Of a stretch of 64,000 nucleotides of DNA, positions 45,180 through 57,200 are shown in pieces. The notes under the pieces are model-generated. The model saw only the letters and a list, made by a program, of their open reading frames with translations, had not been told where the DNA came from and did no database searches. This DNA is from a virus, in the IMG/VR virus record IMGVR_UViG_3300017992_000019, positions 1 to 64,000 of that record, one strand, 5' to 3'. A program made the position numbers and the translations under genes. The first letter of the stretch is position 1. Each line of letters opens with the position of its first letter.

Positions 45180-47342
45180 ATGCCAACGACGATCACGATC
45201 CCCGACTTCGATTTCTCGGGCTTTTATTACGGACAGATTCTCGACGCTCTGATCGACTACAAGCGCCGCAACTTACCCGAGCACACCGACGAGAGCGAGT
45301 ATGATGCGCTGATCCAGATCCTCCGAGCGTTCGCACTCGTCGGTCACCTCAACAACGTCTTGATCGATCTCGTTGCCAATGAGTCGACACTCCCGACGGC
45401 AAAGCTCACCGAGACGGTGCGAAACATGCTCCGACTGATCGACTATGAGCTCGCGACCGCGTCGCCGGCGCAAGTCGATCTCGTTTGGGAGCTCTCGAAA
45501 GTCTTTACCACGGCCGCGACGTTGATCAACGAGGGGGCCCAGGCCGCGACCGAGAGGACCGGCACCGAGTCGCCGGTATGGTTTGAGGTGCTCACCGCGC
45601 TCGAGATCGCCCGGTCGGATCAACTCTCAAAAGTGTTCGCCTTGCAGGGCACGACCTACACCGATTACACCGACGAGGCAAATTCCCAAACGACGCCGGC
45701 CGACGATTGGGATCCGTGGTCGAGCGGTCCGAGCAACGGCGACGCGATCTATTTCGGGCACTCCGATCTCATGTGGGATCAGCTCGGGTTATGGCTCACG
45801 ACTGTCGCGGCCGGGATCAGTGGGGTATGGGAGTATTACGACGGCGAGTATCGAAAGGAAAATCCCTCGAGCGTGAGCGAGGTCGCCGGGCAACTCGAGT
45901 TCGATCTCACAAGTTACCTCGGGAGCTCCAACCGGGCCGGAACGCAGATCAGGATCCAACTCAACGAAACGACGGCATACGAGGACACGATCGTTATATG
46001 GACCGGCACGATCAACAAGGCCGTGACCAGTTTTCTCGGGCAAGTCACACCGAGCACGGATCCCGAGGATTATTCTGTCGGGTCGGCATGGGAGGAGCTC
46101 GACGATCTCGACGACGGCACCTCGGATCTTACTTCCAACGGCGACGTGACTTTCACCTTGCCGCAAGGTCTCCTTGCCAATTGGCGCAAGACGACAGTCA
46201 ACAACGTCGAGGCATATTGGTTGCGGTATCGCGTGATCGAAGCGTCCGCGGTTACTCTCCCGACGATCCAGTATGCGAGGATCGATCAGGGGAAGCAATA
46301 CGCGCTCACGCCGGCGACGCAAGGCCGGTCGATCGTCGAGACGGCGCTCGCGAGCTCCGACGGCGCCGCAAACCAGGAATTCGAGACGACGAAAGACTAC
46401 TATGTCAACGGCACAATGGAGGCCGACGTTGACGGGGAGGCGTGGTCACTCGTTGACAATTTTCTGACAAGCACGCCGACGTCGAAACACTTTCGCGTCG
46501 TGATCAGCGGCAACGACCGAGCGACGATCGTGTTCGGCGACGGTGTCAACGGCAGGATCCCACCGGTCGGGGTTGGTAATATCGACGCGACCTACCGATA
46601 CCTACCGAGCGGCAAGACCGACGGCAATGTCGGTTCCGACACGATCACGGTCAACAAGTCGGGCGTGACCTACGTCAACAAGGTTTGGAATCCGAGACCC
46701 GCGGCCGGGTGGTCGGAGGCCGAGGGCGCCGACGAGGAATCCCTCGAGCGTGCCAAGATTGCCGGGCCGGCGTCTCTCCGCACCGGAACGATCGCGGTCG
46801 GGCCGGGCGACGTTGAGACCTTGACGAAAAACTACGTCGACGACGACGGGGCCCGGCCGTTTTCGAGAGCGAAAGCGATCGAGGAGGGTTTCGGGCCCAA
46901 GACGATCGAGCTCATTGTCGTCGCCTCGGGAGGAGCACAGGCAACCAATTCGCAGATCGAAAACCTCGAGGAGTATTTCAACGGGAATCAATACACGCAC
47001 CCACCGGTCGAAAAGCATATCGTTGCAAATCAGGAGGTGCGCGTTGTCAATTTCACCGAGAAAGTGATCGACATTGAGGCAACGGTGCACGGGTTGGTCA
47101 CGCTCGAGACGATCGAGAATCGTCTCGCGGCCGTATTCCAGCCGGAGGCACTCAAGGCCGACGGGGTTTCGTATGAGTGGGAATTCGGCGAGGAGGTTCC
47201 GACCTCGAGGATCATACATGAGATTTTCGAGGTCTCGGAAAATATCACGCGGGTTGACCTCACGACACCCGCGTCGAACGTCGCACTTCAAACCCGGGAG
47301 CTCCCGGTTTTGGGAACGCTTACGATCACGATTGTCGAATAG
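45180..47342 (+). CDS. Baseplate J-like protein
   Basis: ANESTLPTA, FGDGVNGRIPP, GADEESLE. Confidence 0.88.
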   Translation: MPTTITIPDFDFSGFYYGQILDALIDYKRRNLPEHTDESEYDALIQILRAFALVGHLNNVLIDLVANESTLPTAKLTETVRNMLRLIDYELATASPAQVDLVWELSKVFTTAATLINEGAQAATERTGTESPVWFEVLTALEIARSDQLSKVFALQGTTYTDYTDEANSQTTPADDWDPWSSGPSNGDAIYFGHSDLMWDQLGLWLTTVAAGISGVWEYYDGEYRKENPSSVSEVAGQLEFDLTSYLGSSNRAGTQIRIQLNETTAYEDTIVIWTGTINKAVTSFLGQVTPSTDPEDYSVGSAWEELDDLDDGTSDLTSNGDVTFTLPQGLLANWRKTTVNNVEAYWLRYRVIEASAVTLPTIQYARIDQGKQYALTPATQGRSIVETALASSDGAANQEFETTKDYYVNGTMEADVDGEAWSLVDNFLTSTPTSKHFRVVISGNDRATIVFGDGVNGRIPPVGVGNIDATYRYLPSGKTDGNVGSDTITVNKSGVTYVNKVWNPRPAAGWSEAEGADEESLERAKIAGPASLRTGTIAVGPGDVETLTKNYVDDDGARPFSRAKAIEEGFGPKTIELIVVASGGAQATNSQIENLEEYFNGNQYTHPPVEKHIVANQEVRVVNFTEKVIDIEATVHGLVTLETIENRLAAVFQPEALKADGVSYEWEFGEEVPTSRIIHEIFEVSENITRVDLTTPASNVALQTRELPVLGTLTITIVE

Positions 47343-47354
47343 GAGGATCGGTCA

Positions 47355-49250
47355 ATGTCATACAAAGGAAAAGTGTATACGGTGCACAATGCGGTTGAGC
47401 TTGTCGAGACTGTCAAGGATCACCTCGTCGCGTGTGGTTGGTCTCTTGTCGGGCCGAGCACGGATCTCGCGTCGAGGCAGGCGCAAGACGACGAGCACGC
47501 GCATATCCTCGGGTGGTTTCTGCACTCCGACGGCGAGAGCGGGCAAGACGATATCAATTTGCACGGGCACGTCAATGTCACCCGGTTGTCACAACACGTC
47601 GGGCCGCTTTTTACGTTCCTCAACGGTGCGATCACCGATCCCGACGCGACGACAATCTCGGTCGACGATGCCTCCGACATTACGGTCGGGGCGTATATCA
47701 AGATCGGGGCCGAGTCGATCTATGTCGGCAACAAGTCGGGCAACGATCTGATCAACTGCATTCGAGGAGCTCTCGGATCGACGAAAGCAACTCACTCCGA
47801 CAACGACGTCGTTTCGATCTTGTACGAAACGGTCAACGGTGAGACGTATCCGGTTTTCGAGCTCTTTGCGTTCCGGGATCTCTCCAACGCGATCGCGGCG
47901 TCGAGCGGTGCGGTCACTCACACTATGGGGCAGTCGAGCACGACCGGCACCGTTGCCAATATGGGCGGATACGGCGACGACCGGTTCAACTACACGACTC
48001 TTGTCCGGGTAAATGATCCCGACGGCGGCGGGCCGGGTGTTCCGGGACCGGACCACGGCAAAATGAGGTGGTGTCGAAATTACGTTTCGACCGACGGGTC
48101 TCTCGCCTATCAGAAGTTTCTTTCTGCACCCGGTGCGGTTGATCTTGATATTGTCTCGGGTGGTTTCTTGCCGTGCATGTCGAGACGTATGTCGTCCGGG
48201 GGATCGAATCACACAAGGCAACTCGGGATTCCGTATCGACCGAGCTCGCCGCGATCGACCTCGGGTTATCCGATCTGGATCTACGGGAGCAAAGACGGTT
48301 TTGTCATGGTCGTGTTGCAGGGATCGGACTACTCCGCGTATTACTACGGGCGTTATGAGCCGTTGGGCGACGCGCTCAAGACCAATGTCACCGCGGGGAA
48401 CGACGTCTCGGCCGGCGCGCTCACCTTGTACGTCGACAACACCGACATTTTTCAAGAGGACGGGTGTTATCGGATCGTCTCGCAAAATTATTTAGATTGG
48501 GCCGCGAACGAGGATCGCTCGGCGGATACGCTCATGGGTGCGTCGCCGGGCGATTGGGATGATTTCGATGCCGACGAGATCGCGACCGAGCTTGTGCAAG
48601 TCGCGTCGATCAACCCGGGCGCCGGCACGATCACCTTGCACCTCCCGACGATTTACAGTTACAAGGCCGGCGCGGTGATCGGCATGAATCCCGTTCCGGT
48701 CTTGCGACCGTCGTGCGGCGACGGGGCGAGTGCCACAAACCGGGACATGTTTCGATCGGAGGCAAACGGCAAGTGTGTGCATACTCCTTTCAGGCCGGTT
48801 CCCTCGAGTCGGTATCAGTCACTCTCACCGACGCACCGATCGTCGTATCGTTGTTTCGCGGACGAAAGCACTCCTTGGACTCCGAGGACAGCCCAAGGTG
48901 AGATTTACTATCCTTTTTGTTGGGACTCTACGACCTACGAGCCCGCGCATTGGGCCGAAATTTCGAGTGCGAACAGAGAACGGATGCACAACCGACTACC
49001 GGTGCAACCTTTTGCGTTCTCGAAACACCAAACGACCGGGACAGAGACGAGCACCTACGGGCCCGATTACAACGATTGGAATTCCAGCCTCGGAACGATC
49101 CCGATGATCTATCGGATGCCGTCCTCGTTGAGTGCGGCCGACGAGGACACGGTCAAGTCGACTTTCGAGGGATCGCAAGAGGACTTCCGAGTTTTCTATC
49201 TCGACATTGCGGCGATTTGGGTTGCCGTCGGGCCCGAGATTTGGCCGTAA
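47355..49250 (+). CDS. Tail/baseplate-associated structural protein
   Basis: AGGAGG RBS; IKIGAESI...RGALGST module. Confidence 0.7.
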   Translation: MSYKGKVYTVHNAVELVETVKDHLVACGWSLVGPSTDLASRQAQDDEHAHILGWFLHSDGESGQDDINLHGHVNVTRLSQHVGPLFTFLNGAITDPDATTISVDDASDITVGAYIKIGAESIYVGNKSGNDLINCIRGALGSTKATHSDNDVVSILYETVNGETYPVFELFAFRDLSNAIAASSGAVTHTMGQSSTTGTVANMGGYGDDRFNYTTLVRVNDPDGGGPGVPGPDHGKMRWCRNYVSTDGSLAYQKFLSAPGAVDLDIVSGGFLPCMSRRMSSGGSNHTRQLGIPYRPSSPRSTSGYPIWIYGSKDGFVMVVLQGSDYSAYYYGRYEPLGDALKTNVTAGNDVSAGALTLYVDNTDIFQEDGCYRIVSQNYLDWAANEDRSADTLMGASPGDWDDFDADEIATELVQVASINPGAGTITLHLPTIYSYKAGAVIGMNPVPVLRPSCGDGASATNRDMFRSEANGKCVHTPFRPVPSSRYQSLSPTHRSSYRCFADESTPWTPRTAQGEIYYPFCWDSTTYEPAHWAEISSANRERMHNRLPVQPFAFSKHQTTGTETSTYGPDYNDWNSSLGTIPMIYRMPSSLSAADEDTVKSTFEGSQEDFRVFYLDIAAIWVAVGPEIWP

Positions 49251-49280
49251 GGAGCGTTCCGATCGCGAGGGAGTGAGCTC

Positions 49281-51734
49281 ATGTCAATGCGAATACCAGT
49301 CGACCGCGCTCATTGGGAGTTCGACGGAGTTGCGGCCGCGCTCAAGCTCCTCGGCACCGACGCCGAGGCGCCTCGTTTTGATCCGGCGCAAAACGGAAAC
49401 GATTTCACCGTTGCCGGTTTCATTTCTCCCGACACGATCGCGGCCGGCGCGCGTGGTATCTTTGGCAAGTGGGTCACCTCGGGAGATAAGCGAAGCTGGC
49501 TGATCCAACAGTTCGGAGACGACCTCGAGTTTTTCATTTCGCAAACCGGAGCGGCCGGCACACTTTCCACGGTGAGCGTCCCGAATTGTTTGAGCGAGGG
49601 AGCGAAATCGTTTTTCTGTGCTCGGTACAAACACGTCGGGGCCGGCACAAGCGAAATGAAACTCCGGGTCGACGGCACCGAGAACACTCTCGGCACGGCG
49701 GTCGGCCCGGTGTATTCCTCGACCTCGGCCGACTTACTGATCGGCCGGGTCGACTCCTCGTTTTTCTCGGGTAAAAAGTTCTGGCTTGCATACTGGAATC
49801 GGCGACTCACCGACGCCGAGGCCGCGGGTCTCGACAACGGAACGATCTTGCCGCAACAACTCAAGCCCGACGGGTACATTGATTTTCACCGGGCAGTCGC
49901 CGCGACCTACGAAATGGATCTCCCGTGGTATACGGGGATCGATCTTACGGTCGAGGGATCACCCGAGAAAGGCGAGGAATACCTCTATTCTGATCACTAT
50001 AATTTTGACGGTGTCGGCGACGCACTCCGATTGCTTGGCACCGATGCGAACGCTTTGATCTTCGATCCTCAATCGCAGAACGACGACTTTACGATCTTTG
50101 TGCGTTTCACCCCCGACTCGATCACCACGTATCAGGGTCTACTCAGCAAATGGAATAATGCGGGAGGCAATTATCGGTCTTATGCTTTGATCGTGACCGA
50201 CGCGGGAGGGATCCGGTTTTATCTTTCCAAAGATGGGATCAGCGGATCGCAATCTATCACTATTCCGTCTTGCTTGGCAGTCGGGCAGGAAACGGTTGTT
50301 GTTGCTAGGTACACGTATAACGGCGACGGCGATCCCGCGACTCGAATGGATCTAGCTGTTTGGAGGGCGCCGACTTGGTCCGAAAATTCGGACAGCCTAA
50401 CGTCTGCATCGGGGCCGGTTTTTTCAACGACCTCGGCCGATGTGCAGATCGGAGATTACGACGCGGCAGTCGATCGCTATTTAGACGCAGACAAGGAGAT
50501 CCTCGCGTTTTTCAACCGGCGCCTTTCTGATTATGAAACGAACGCGGTGAGGCGTGGTTGGGTTGATCCTCGAGACGTTCCCGACTGTGACTACCTCACG
50601 ACTTTTCACCGTCGGGTCGGAACGACAATGCGTTCCGATGTGCCGGCCGACGGGTCGATCGAGTTTACTGTCGAGGGAAATCCGACTCACTCGAGCCCGG
50701 CCGGAGTATCAACGGTCGATGTTGTGAAAGGCCGGATATTGCCTTTCGATCGAGGAGAGAGAATCAACGGAGACTTGCTTGACTCATGGCACACGTTTGA
50801 CGGTCTTGGTGACTACTGGAAAATTCTCGGGAGTGATCCACAAGCCGACGATTTCGACGGCCGGCACACTCTCGGTTTCACCGTGTTCGGTTTCGCCGAC
50901 GTTGTGGATCTGTCGACAACCTACGGCAACGGATTGATCACGAAATACAACACGGCCGGGAATCATCGGTGTTGGGGAATTTTTCAGGAGGACTCGAATC
51001 TTTACGCGGCGATTTCAAAAAACGGCGCATACAACGAGGGAGTCGATTCAAGCAAGCTCGGATTTCCCGGGAGTCTTGTTGCGGCAACACCGTTTTTCTG
51101 TGCGTTGACTTATCGGTATATCGGCGCCGGCGTCGGTCGCATGAGGTTTTACATGGGATTTGTTGGGGCGGCGACGCTCAACAAACTCGAGAATCTCTCG
51201 GCCGTCGGAGACGTGCACCTCGACACCTCGGCCGACGTTGCGATCGGATATCATCACGGCGCCGCAACTGATCACGAATGGGACGGCAAGATTTACGCGA
51301 CCGGATATATCGCGCGCGAGCTCGCGGATCTTGATATCCGTCGACTCTGGCGGCAAACGGTCATGCCTTGGACACTCTCGGATCATGAGGCGACTATGTA
51401 TTTTCGCAAGGCGGCGACCGCAACATACGTCGAGGAATGGGGCGGTCATACCTGGACACGCAACGGCGCGCCGACACCGGGAGGCACGGGCGGCGAGATC
51501 AATATCATTACGGGAAAAACTCATTTTCCCATTTCAACCGTGAGGCAGGAAACCGCCAACATGAAAGTTCACCCAAGGGCAACAGCGCAAGAGAAAGGCC
51601 GGATCCTGATCCCGGATCCGAGTATTTGGATCCCCGGGTTGTGTCAGGAAACCGCCAACATGAAAGTTCACCCGCGAGCAACGGCACAAGAGAAAGGCCG
51701 GATCCTGATCCAGCGTAAGAAACGGAGTTTGTGA
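49281..51734 (+). CDS. Triple LamG/ConA-like domain tail protein
   Basis: Three FDG-x-x-D/A...FT...KW/KY...W/FNRRLS/TD modules. Confidence 0.8.
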   Translation: MSMRIPVDRAHWEFDGVAAALKLLGTDAEAPRFDPAQNGNDFTVAGFISPDTIAAGARGIFGKWVTSGDKRSWLIQQFGDDLEFFISQTGAAGTLSTVSVPNCLSEGAKSFFCARYKHVGAGTSEMKLRVDGTENTLGTAVGPVYSSTSADLLIGRVDSSFFSGKKFWLAYWNRRLTDAEAAGLDNGTILPQQLKPDGYIDFHRAVAATYEMDLPWYTGIDLTVEGSPEKGEEYLYSDHYNFDGVGDALRLLGTDANALIFDPQSQNDDFTIFVRFTPDSITTYQGLLSKWNNAGGNYRSYALIVTDAGGIRFYLSKDGISGSQSITIPSCLAVGQETVVVARYTYNGDGDPATRMDLAVWRAPTWSENSDSLTSASGPVFSTTSADVQIGDYDAAVDRYLDADKEILAFFNRRLSDYETNAVRRGWVDPRDVPDCDYLTTFHRRVGTTMRSDVPADGSIEFTVEGNPTHSSPAGVSTVDVVKGRILPFDRGERINGDLLDSWHTFDGLGDYWKILGSDPQADDFDGRHTLGFTVFGFADVVDLSTTYGNGLITKYNTAGNHRCWGIFQEDSNLYAAISKNGAYNEGVDSSKLGFPGSLVAATPFFCALTYRYIGAGVGRMRFYMGFVGAATLNKLENLSAVGDVHLDTSADVAIGYHHGAATDHEWDGKIYATGYIARELADLDIRRLWRQTVMPWTLSDHEATMYFRKAATATYVEEWGGHTWTRNGAPTPGGTGGEINIITGKTHFPISTVRQETANMKVHPRATAQEKGRILIPDPSIWIPGLCQETANMKVHPRATAQEKGRILIQRKKRSL
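51546..51711 (+). repeat. 67-bp direct repeat pair with 99-bp period
   Basis: 51546-51612 and 51645-51711 both encode QETANMKVHPRATAQEKGRILI. Confidence 0.9.
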
Positions 51735-51735
51735 C

Positions 51736-52968
51736 ATGGCAGAGAAAGGGCGAATTCTCCGACCCGATCGCGAGAGTGCGGGTCAATACGGAACGCCGAA
51801 AGTCGAAAAGGCCGAAGCGATCGACGAGCTCACCGTGCGGGTTACTTTCGATCAGGACATGGAACGCGACGACTCGGGCGCGACCGACGACGCGACCAAT
51901 CCGGCAAACTACACTTTCGTCGTGACTGGCGGTGTTTCGGTCTCGGCCGTGTCGTGCTCGGTTGCTCGAGACTTCCCGACGTGGATCGATATCACGCTCA
52001 ACCGGGAAATGACCGCGAGCTCACAGATCGAGGTCACCGTTGCGTCGACGGTCAAGTCGAGTCGCGGCGTCAACATGGATCCGAATTACGACTCGTATGA
52101 GTTCACCGGGTACGGTATCCGGCCGACAGTCGACAGCGCAACGGCCGTCGACGGGGTGATCGTGTACGTCGATTTTGACGAGGATATGAATCAGAACGCC
52201 GCGTTGACTCTTGCGACGAATTACGTGCTCACCTCGCCGACCGATCCCACACCTCCCGGCGTTGACGAGGTGCGGATCCAAACGGGCTCGAGGGTCGAGC
52301 TCTGGCTCGACTCTGCACTCGAGATCGGCGACGACTACACGGTCACCGTGAGCAACGTCGAGGATCTCGCCGGAAATCCGATCCAGGGACCACCCAACAA
52401 CCAAGCCGATTTTGTCGGTGTTGCGATCGTGACCAAGCTCGAGAGCGCGGTGCCTCGAGACGAGAACACCGTGCGGTTGACTTTCGATCGACAAATGAAG
52501 CGTGCGGATCTCGCCGACATTGGCAATTTTACACTCGAGCCGATCGAGGCCGGCGCCGCGATTCTGTATTACAGCGGCGTTTTGTTGCCGGCCGACACAT
52601 ACCCGACTTATGTTGATATCGTGTGTTCCGAAATGACCGACGGGAAAGACTACCGCGCGACGGTCGACCCGTCGGTTCGGGATAAATGGGACAACACGAT
52701 CTCACCGCTTTTCGATACGCAAGATTTCGAGGGTGTCGGGACCGAGCCGAGGATCGTTCGGGTTGTTGCGTCGACTCTCAACAAGTGCACCGTCGTTTTC
52801 GACGAGAGCATGAGAGACAACGCCGACCTCCGGGATCCGGCGCGGTATTCATTTGACAAGGGGTTGCAAGTTCTAGCGGTGCTCGACGTGCGAGGGAGCG
52901 AGGTTGATCTCTCGACGTCCGAGCAGACAGCCGGGGAGCTCTACACCTTGACGATCTCGCAACCGTAG
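51736..52968 (+). CDS. Four-Ig-like-domain tail protein
   Basis: Repeated V.V.FD..M...NY/F...Y.VTV..V.D..GN units. Confidence 0.8.
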   Translation: MAEKGRILRPDRESAGQYGTPKVEKAEAIDELTVRVTFDQDMERDDSGATDDATNPANYTFVVTGGVSVSAVSCSVARDFPTWIDITLNREMTASSQIEVTVASTVKSSRGVNMDPNYDSYEFTGYGIRPTVDSATAVDGVIVYVDFDEDMNQNAALTLATNYVLTSPTDPTPPGVDEVRIQTGSRVELWLDSALEIGDDYTVTVSNVEDLAGNPIQGPPNNQADFVGVAIVTKLESAVPRDENTVRLTFDRQMKRADLADIGNFTLEPIEAGAAILYYSGVLLPADTYPTYVDIVCSEMTDGKDYRATVDPSVRDKWDNTISPLFDTQDFEGVGTEPRIVRVVASTLNKCTVVFDESMRDNADLRDPARYSFDKGLQVLAVLDVRGSEVDLSTSEQTAGELYTLTISQP

Positions 52969-52979
52969 GAGTGTGAGCA

Positions 52980-54242
52980 ATGGCGATCACGGATCTGGCA
53001 TACAATCCTCTCTCGGTTGCGGGCTCGACCGCGGCAATGCTCGGATACCTCGAGCCGGTCGCCGGCGCCGAGGAGCTCAATCTCAGGATCTACGATTTCA
53101 TAATCAAGCCACACCGCGACGCGGATCAGACGAGAGAGGGCAAGCTGTTTTTGCAACGTATGCTCGAGGGCCCACAAGAGGCATGGAAAACGATCCAGTC
53201 AAAGATTTTCGCGCTCAAGGATCTATGGTCGGTGACCGATATCGACGACGAGCATTTGCAATACTTGCAACGGATCGTCGGCTGGACTTCCGACCTTGAC
53301 TATATCACCGAGCAACTCGACGCGGCGACGCTCCGGCGATTGATTGCGATCAGCGTTCCGATGTGGCGCTCGCGCACGACCGAGGATTCGCTCGTTGCGA
53401 TCATGAATACTCTCGTGCCGGCCCGAGCTCGAGTGCTCTCATGGTTCGACAAGCGGTGGATCCTTGATACGACGATCATGAGCGAGGAGCATCAAGGTCG
53501 GGATCCGTGGCTTGTGAGTTTCCCGGGCGGCACGGGCACCGACGAGTTTTGGTCGACGATCCGAGTCGTGGATCCGGGAGTCGAGGCAAGCAAGGATCTC
53601 CTGATCGATGTGATCAAACTTGTGCGGCCGTGCGGCGAGAGGTACGACGTCGTATGGCTCAAGTTCCTCGATCAATTCACGATCGACGGCGACGTGAGTC
53701 AATGGGATATCACAAGCGGCACTCCGACAGTCTCGGGCGGCAAAGTGAGCTTGACCGACAACTCGACCGAGGAGGGTATCGTTTGCAGCATTGAGGATTC
53801 CGACGAGTGGGAAAACTACGTCGTGACCGCGAGGGTCAAAGGCAACCACGACACGGGGCTCGGTTTCGGAGTTGCGTTCTATTTGCAATCGGTTTCACCG
53901 CGGACTTTTTATTACGTCGTGATCGACATACCGAATCAACAAGTGCTCCTTGCGAAATTCATTTCGGGAGCTTTCACTCCGCTTGTGAATTGGTATGCGA
54001 ACCCGGCCGGTCGGTTTCTCCTTTCCGACACATGGTACGGGTTGAGGATCCAGGCATCACCGGAAGGGGCGAACACGCGGATCAAGGTTTATCTCGACGG
54101 CGAGGAGATCATAAGCACGACCGATCCCGATCTCGACAAGGGTACGATCGCGGTTCTTCATTCTCTTTGCTCGGTCGAGTGTGACGAAATAGAGGTCTTG
54201 GGTCTCCCGGTTGACTCCGAGGAAATCCTGATCAACATATAG
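52980..54242 (+). CDS. Tail protein I-like (baseplate wedge) with a C-terminal jelly-roll domain
   Basis: LQYLQRIVGW...LRRLI N-terminus; WYGLRI...KVYLDG...GTIA. Confidence 0.7.
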   Translation: MAITDLAYNPLSVAGSTAAMLGYLEPVAGAEELNLRIYDFIIKPHRDADQTREGKLFLQRMLEGPQEAWKTIQSKIFALKDLWSVTDIDDEHLQYLQRIVGWTSDLDYITEQLDAATLRRLIAISVPMWRSRTTEDSLVAIMNTLVPARARVLSWFDKRWILDTTIMSEEHQGRDPWLVSFPGGTGTDEFWSTIRVVDPGVEASKDLLIDVIKLVRPCGERYDVVWLKFLDQFTIDGDVSQWDITSGTPTVSGGKVSLTDNSTEEGIVCSIEDSDEWENYVVTARVKGNHDTGLGFGVAFYLQSVSPRTFYYVVIDIPNQQVLLAKFISGAFTPLVNWYANPAGRFLLSDTWYGLRIQASPEGANTRIKVYLDGEEIISTTDPDLDKGTIAVLHSLCSVECDEIEVLGLPVDSEEILINI

Positions 54243-54254
54243 GAGGATCTTGCT

Positions 54255-57200
54255 ATGGCGACAGGCGACAAATGGGCATGGATCACCGCTCAAAGAATTC
54301 TCGGGTACGATACTCTCCGCGACAACGTGATCGGGTTTTTCCGGGATTGGGACAAAGACATTCTCGCGTCGGTTTTTCGCGCGTCGGGATACTTCCAAGA
54401 AATTTCGATTGTCGGCGACGGTGCCAACAAGATCAAGCTCACCGGATACCCGACCGACGGCAACCCGAGCGGGATCGACGGCGCCGGCGAGCTCCTCGAT
54501 CTATACGCGAGATATCTCGACGTCGAGGATTTGCAATTCGAGAATATCACCGGCGAGACGTATCACGTCGCGCTCAAGGGTGCATATATCCCGACCGGGC
54601 TTTCGATCGGCCAGGGCGACGGAATGCCTCAATGGAACACCTTTGAGGAAATCGTCGGAGTGAGCAGCACGCCGGCCTCGGTCGTCGACAATGGCAACGG
54701 CACCTTGACTTTTGTTGTCGACACGGTCACCGAGGTAGGAGTATCGAATGCCGGCCGCAAGGTGATCGTCTATCGCACGACCCCGACCAAAAACGCCGTG
54801 ACCGAAGCGATCGCAAAGGAGGAGTGTACGGTCACATGGGACGGGAGCAACAACAAGATCACAACCGTCGGCGACCTCGGATTGCTTTCGGGCGAAACTC
54901 CGGTTTGGTCCGATTACACCGTTGTTCTAGTCGGGCCGCACATTGTGAGAGACACCGATCTCTCGGCCGACGATTCGTATGCGTATATCGGCACGGTCGA
55001 CGGCAACACCGGCGCGCAACCGTCGAGCTTTGACACGACCTTGCAAAACGTAATGAGCGTTCCGATCTCCGACCTCACACAGATCACAAGGTACGAAAGT
55101 TTTCCGACGCCGGATCGTCTCAAGGTTGACGTCAAAGCGGTCGCGGCCGAGGAGGGTGAGAATCTCGATCAGATCCGGGTCACCGGGTGGGATGGCGGCG
55201 GATCGAGCTTGGTTGTGTTCAGGGTCGACGAGCTCGGCAACGTGACGATCGAGGGCGACCTCGAGGTCAAGGGCACGACCACACAACAAGACGTCGTGCA
55301 AGTCAACGCCGACGAAACGATCACCGAGAATCTCACGTGCGGCGACGAGGACTCCGACTCGCATTTGATCAAGGGGATCTGGACACACAAGAACGCGGCC
55401 GAGACCGCGAATCTCTTGCAAGTGCATCCGACCAACGGAGTCGGGATCGGCACGACCGCGCATTTCTCCGGGTCTTATTCCATGTATGTCGACGGCGACG
55501 TCTTGTTTTCAGACGACGTGAGGTTTGCCGGCAACGCGATTCCGCACACCGCGGCGCAAGACCTCGGCGAGTCGGGCAACAAGTGGGCGAATCTGTACGT
55601 GTCGAATATCTATGCCGACGCAACCTCGGTCGGTGGTCACATGAACCCGGACACGACCGACGTTTACGACTTGGGAGAAAATACGACTCCGCTCCGTTGG
55701 CGCTCGATCTATGTCAATCATGCTTATATCATCGATCCGACGGAGGCGTTGCTTGCGATCCGCGAGCTCGACGCCTCTCTCAACGAAAAAAATTGGCAGG
55801 TCCGGGCGGCGGGAGGGGATCTTTATTTCGAGTGCGTCAACGATGCCGAGACACTTGCCGCGTCTTTTATGCAAATAACTCGGAGCGGACAGAACCCGAC
55901 CTCGTTGACCATGTTTGCCTCTATATTCGCAGGAACGTCCGGCCTTGAAATCGGGCAGAGCTCCGAGCCTTTCGAGTTTATTTATGGGCAAGACTGGCGC
56001 TCGGCCCGGCCGTCGGTTGGGACAAGTGAAAAAAATTGGCGCCAGTGGATCCAACAAGATTCGAGCGGCGATTATACCGGGCAAGAGGTCATGCGCTTTT
56101 CGACGTCAACCGACGCATGGGCACTCGGCACCGCTTTTCTCACGATTGCGCGCGTGGTCGACTCAACCGACGTCGACGAGGTCGTGCTCGCGAGCGACGG
56201 ATCGATCAAGCTCACTCCGGCGTCGGGAAGCGATCTTGACGTCGTGCTCCTTGGCGGCGGCAATCTTGTCGTCGTGGATCACAAGTTCACGGGTCAAGAT
56301 TTCTGGAATGTGAATGTAGGCAACAACCTCGGCACGACTTCATATCCTTGGGTCAGCGTGTACGGCGCGACGTATTACGCACAAGCGGATCAACCGAGGT
56401 ATCGCCTCGACGACACAAACACAACTTATGGAAACTGGCAACTTTGGATCGACGGTGTCGTCGCGAAATTTTCGTGCATGTCGGATGATTGGAGCACGGC
56501 GTACAACTTTATCACTTTCACTCGGAGCGGCGAGACTGTCGCAAGCGAGATCGGTCTCATTGCCGACGTCGTTTTCACCGGAGACGTCAAGAGCAATATC
56601 AAGCCGACGGATCCCGGCACTTACTCGCTCGGCGTCAATAACTACGAATGGGATCTCTTGCGGGTCAACGAGAGCGGGGTTATCTGGCGCACAACCGACG
56701 TCGGTCTCACCATACATGAGCGCAAGTTCCGAATGATCGTTTCCAACATCGGCAACGCCGGAGTGTTCCGAATCCAGGGCATTGACGACAACGAGACCGC
56801 GCAGGCCGACGCAATTGTGATCACCAAAAACGACACGACGTACACGATCGACGACGTCTCGATCTACGGTGACACGATCAACTTGCAGGGCCCGACAACG
56901 GTCACCGGAAACCTAACGGCAACGGGCGGGCTTGAAACCCAAAACGACCCGGTGAGATTCCGCGGCATTGACGCGATCGGGAATTTCGAGATCGAGGGCG
57001 CAACGCCGACAATCCAGTTCGACCAAGACGATCAGGCCAACGATTATAAGTATTGGGACATAATCGTTTCGAGTGGATCGTTTCAACTCAGGAGTTACAA
57101 CCAAGCGCACTCGTCGTCTGAAACGGCGATCCAGGTCACGAAAGGCGGCACCTCGGATTATACGGTCGACCGGATTGCGTTCGTCTGTGATCGGATCACC

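Noticed and set aside
33903-47342. Extracellular contractile injection system or tailocin
   Set aside because: Terminase, portal and capsid genes are in the same operon, so this is a phage tail.
51546-51711. Diversity-generating retroelement TR/VR pair
   Set aside because: Differences are synonymous and not adenine-specific in one copy, both copies lie in one CDS, and no reverse transcriptase is present.
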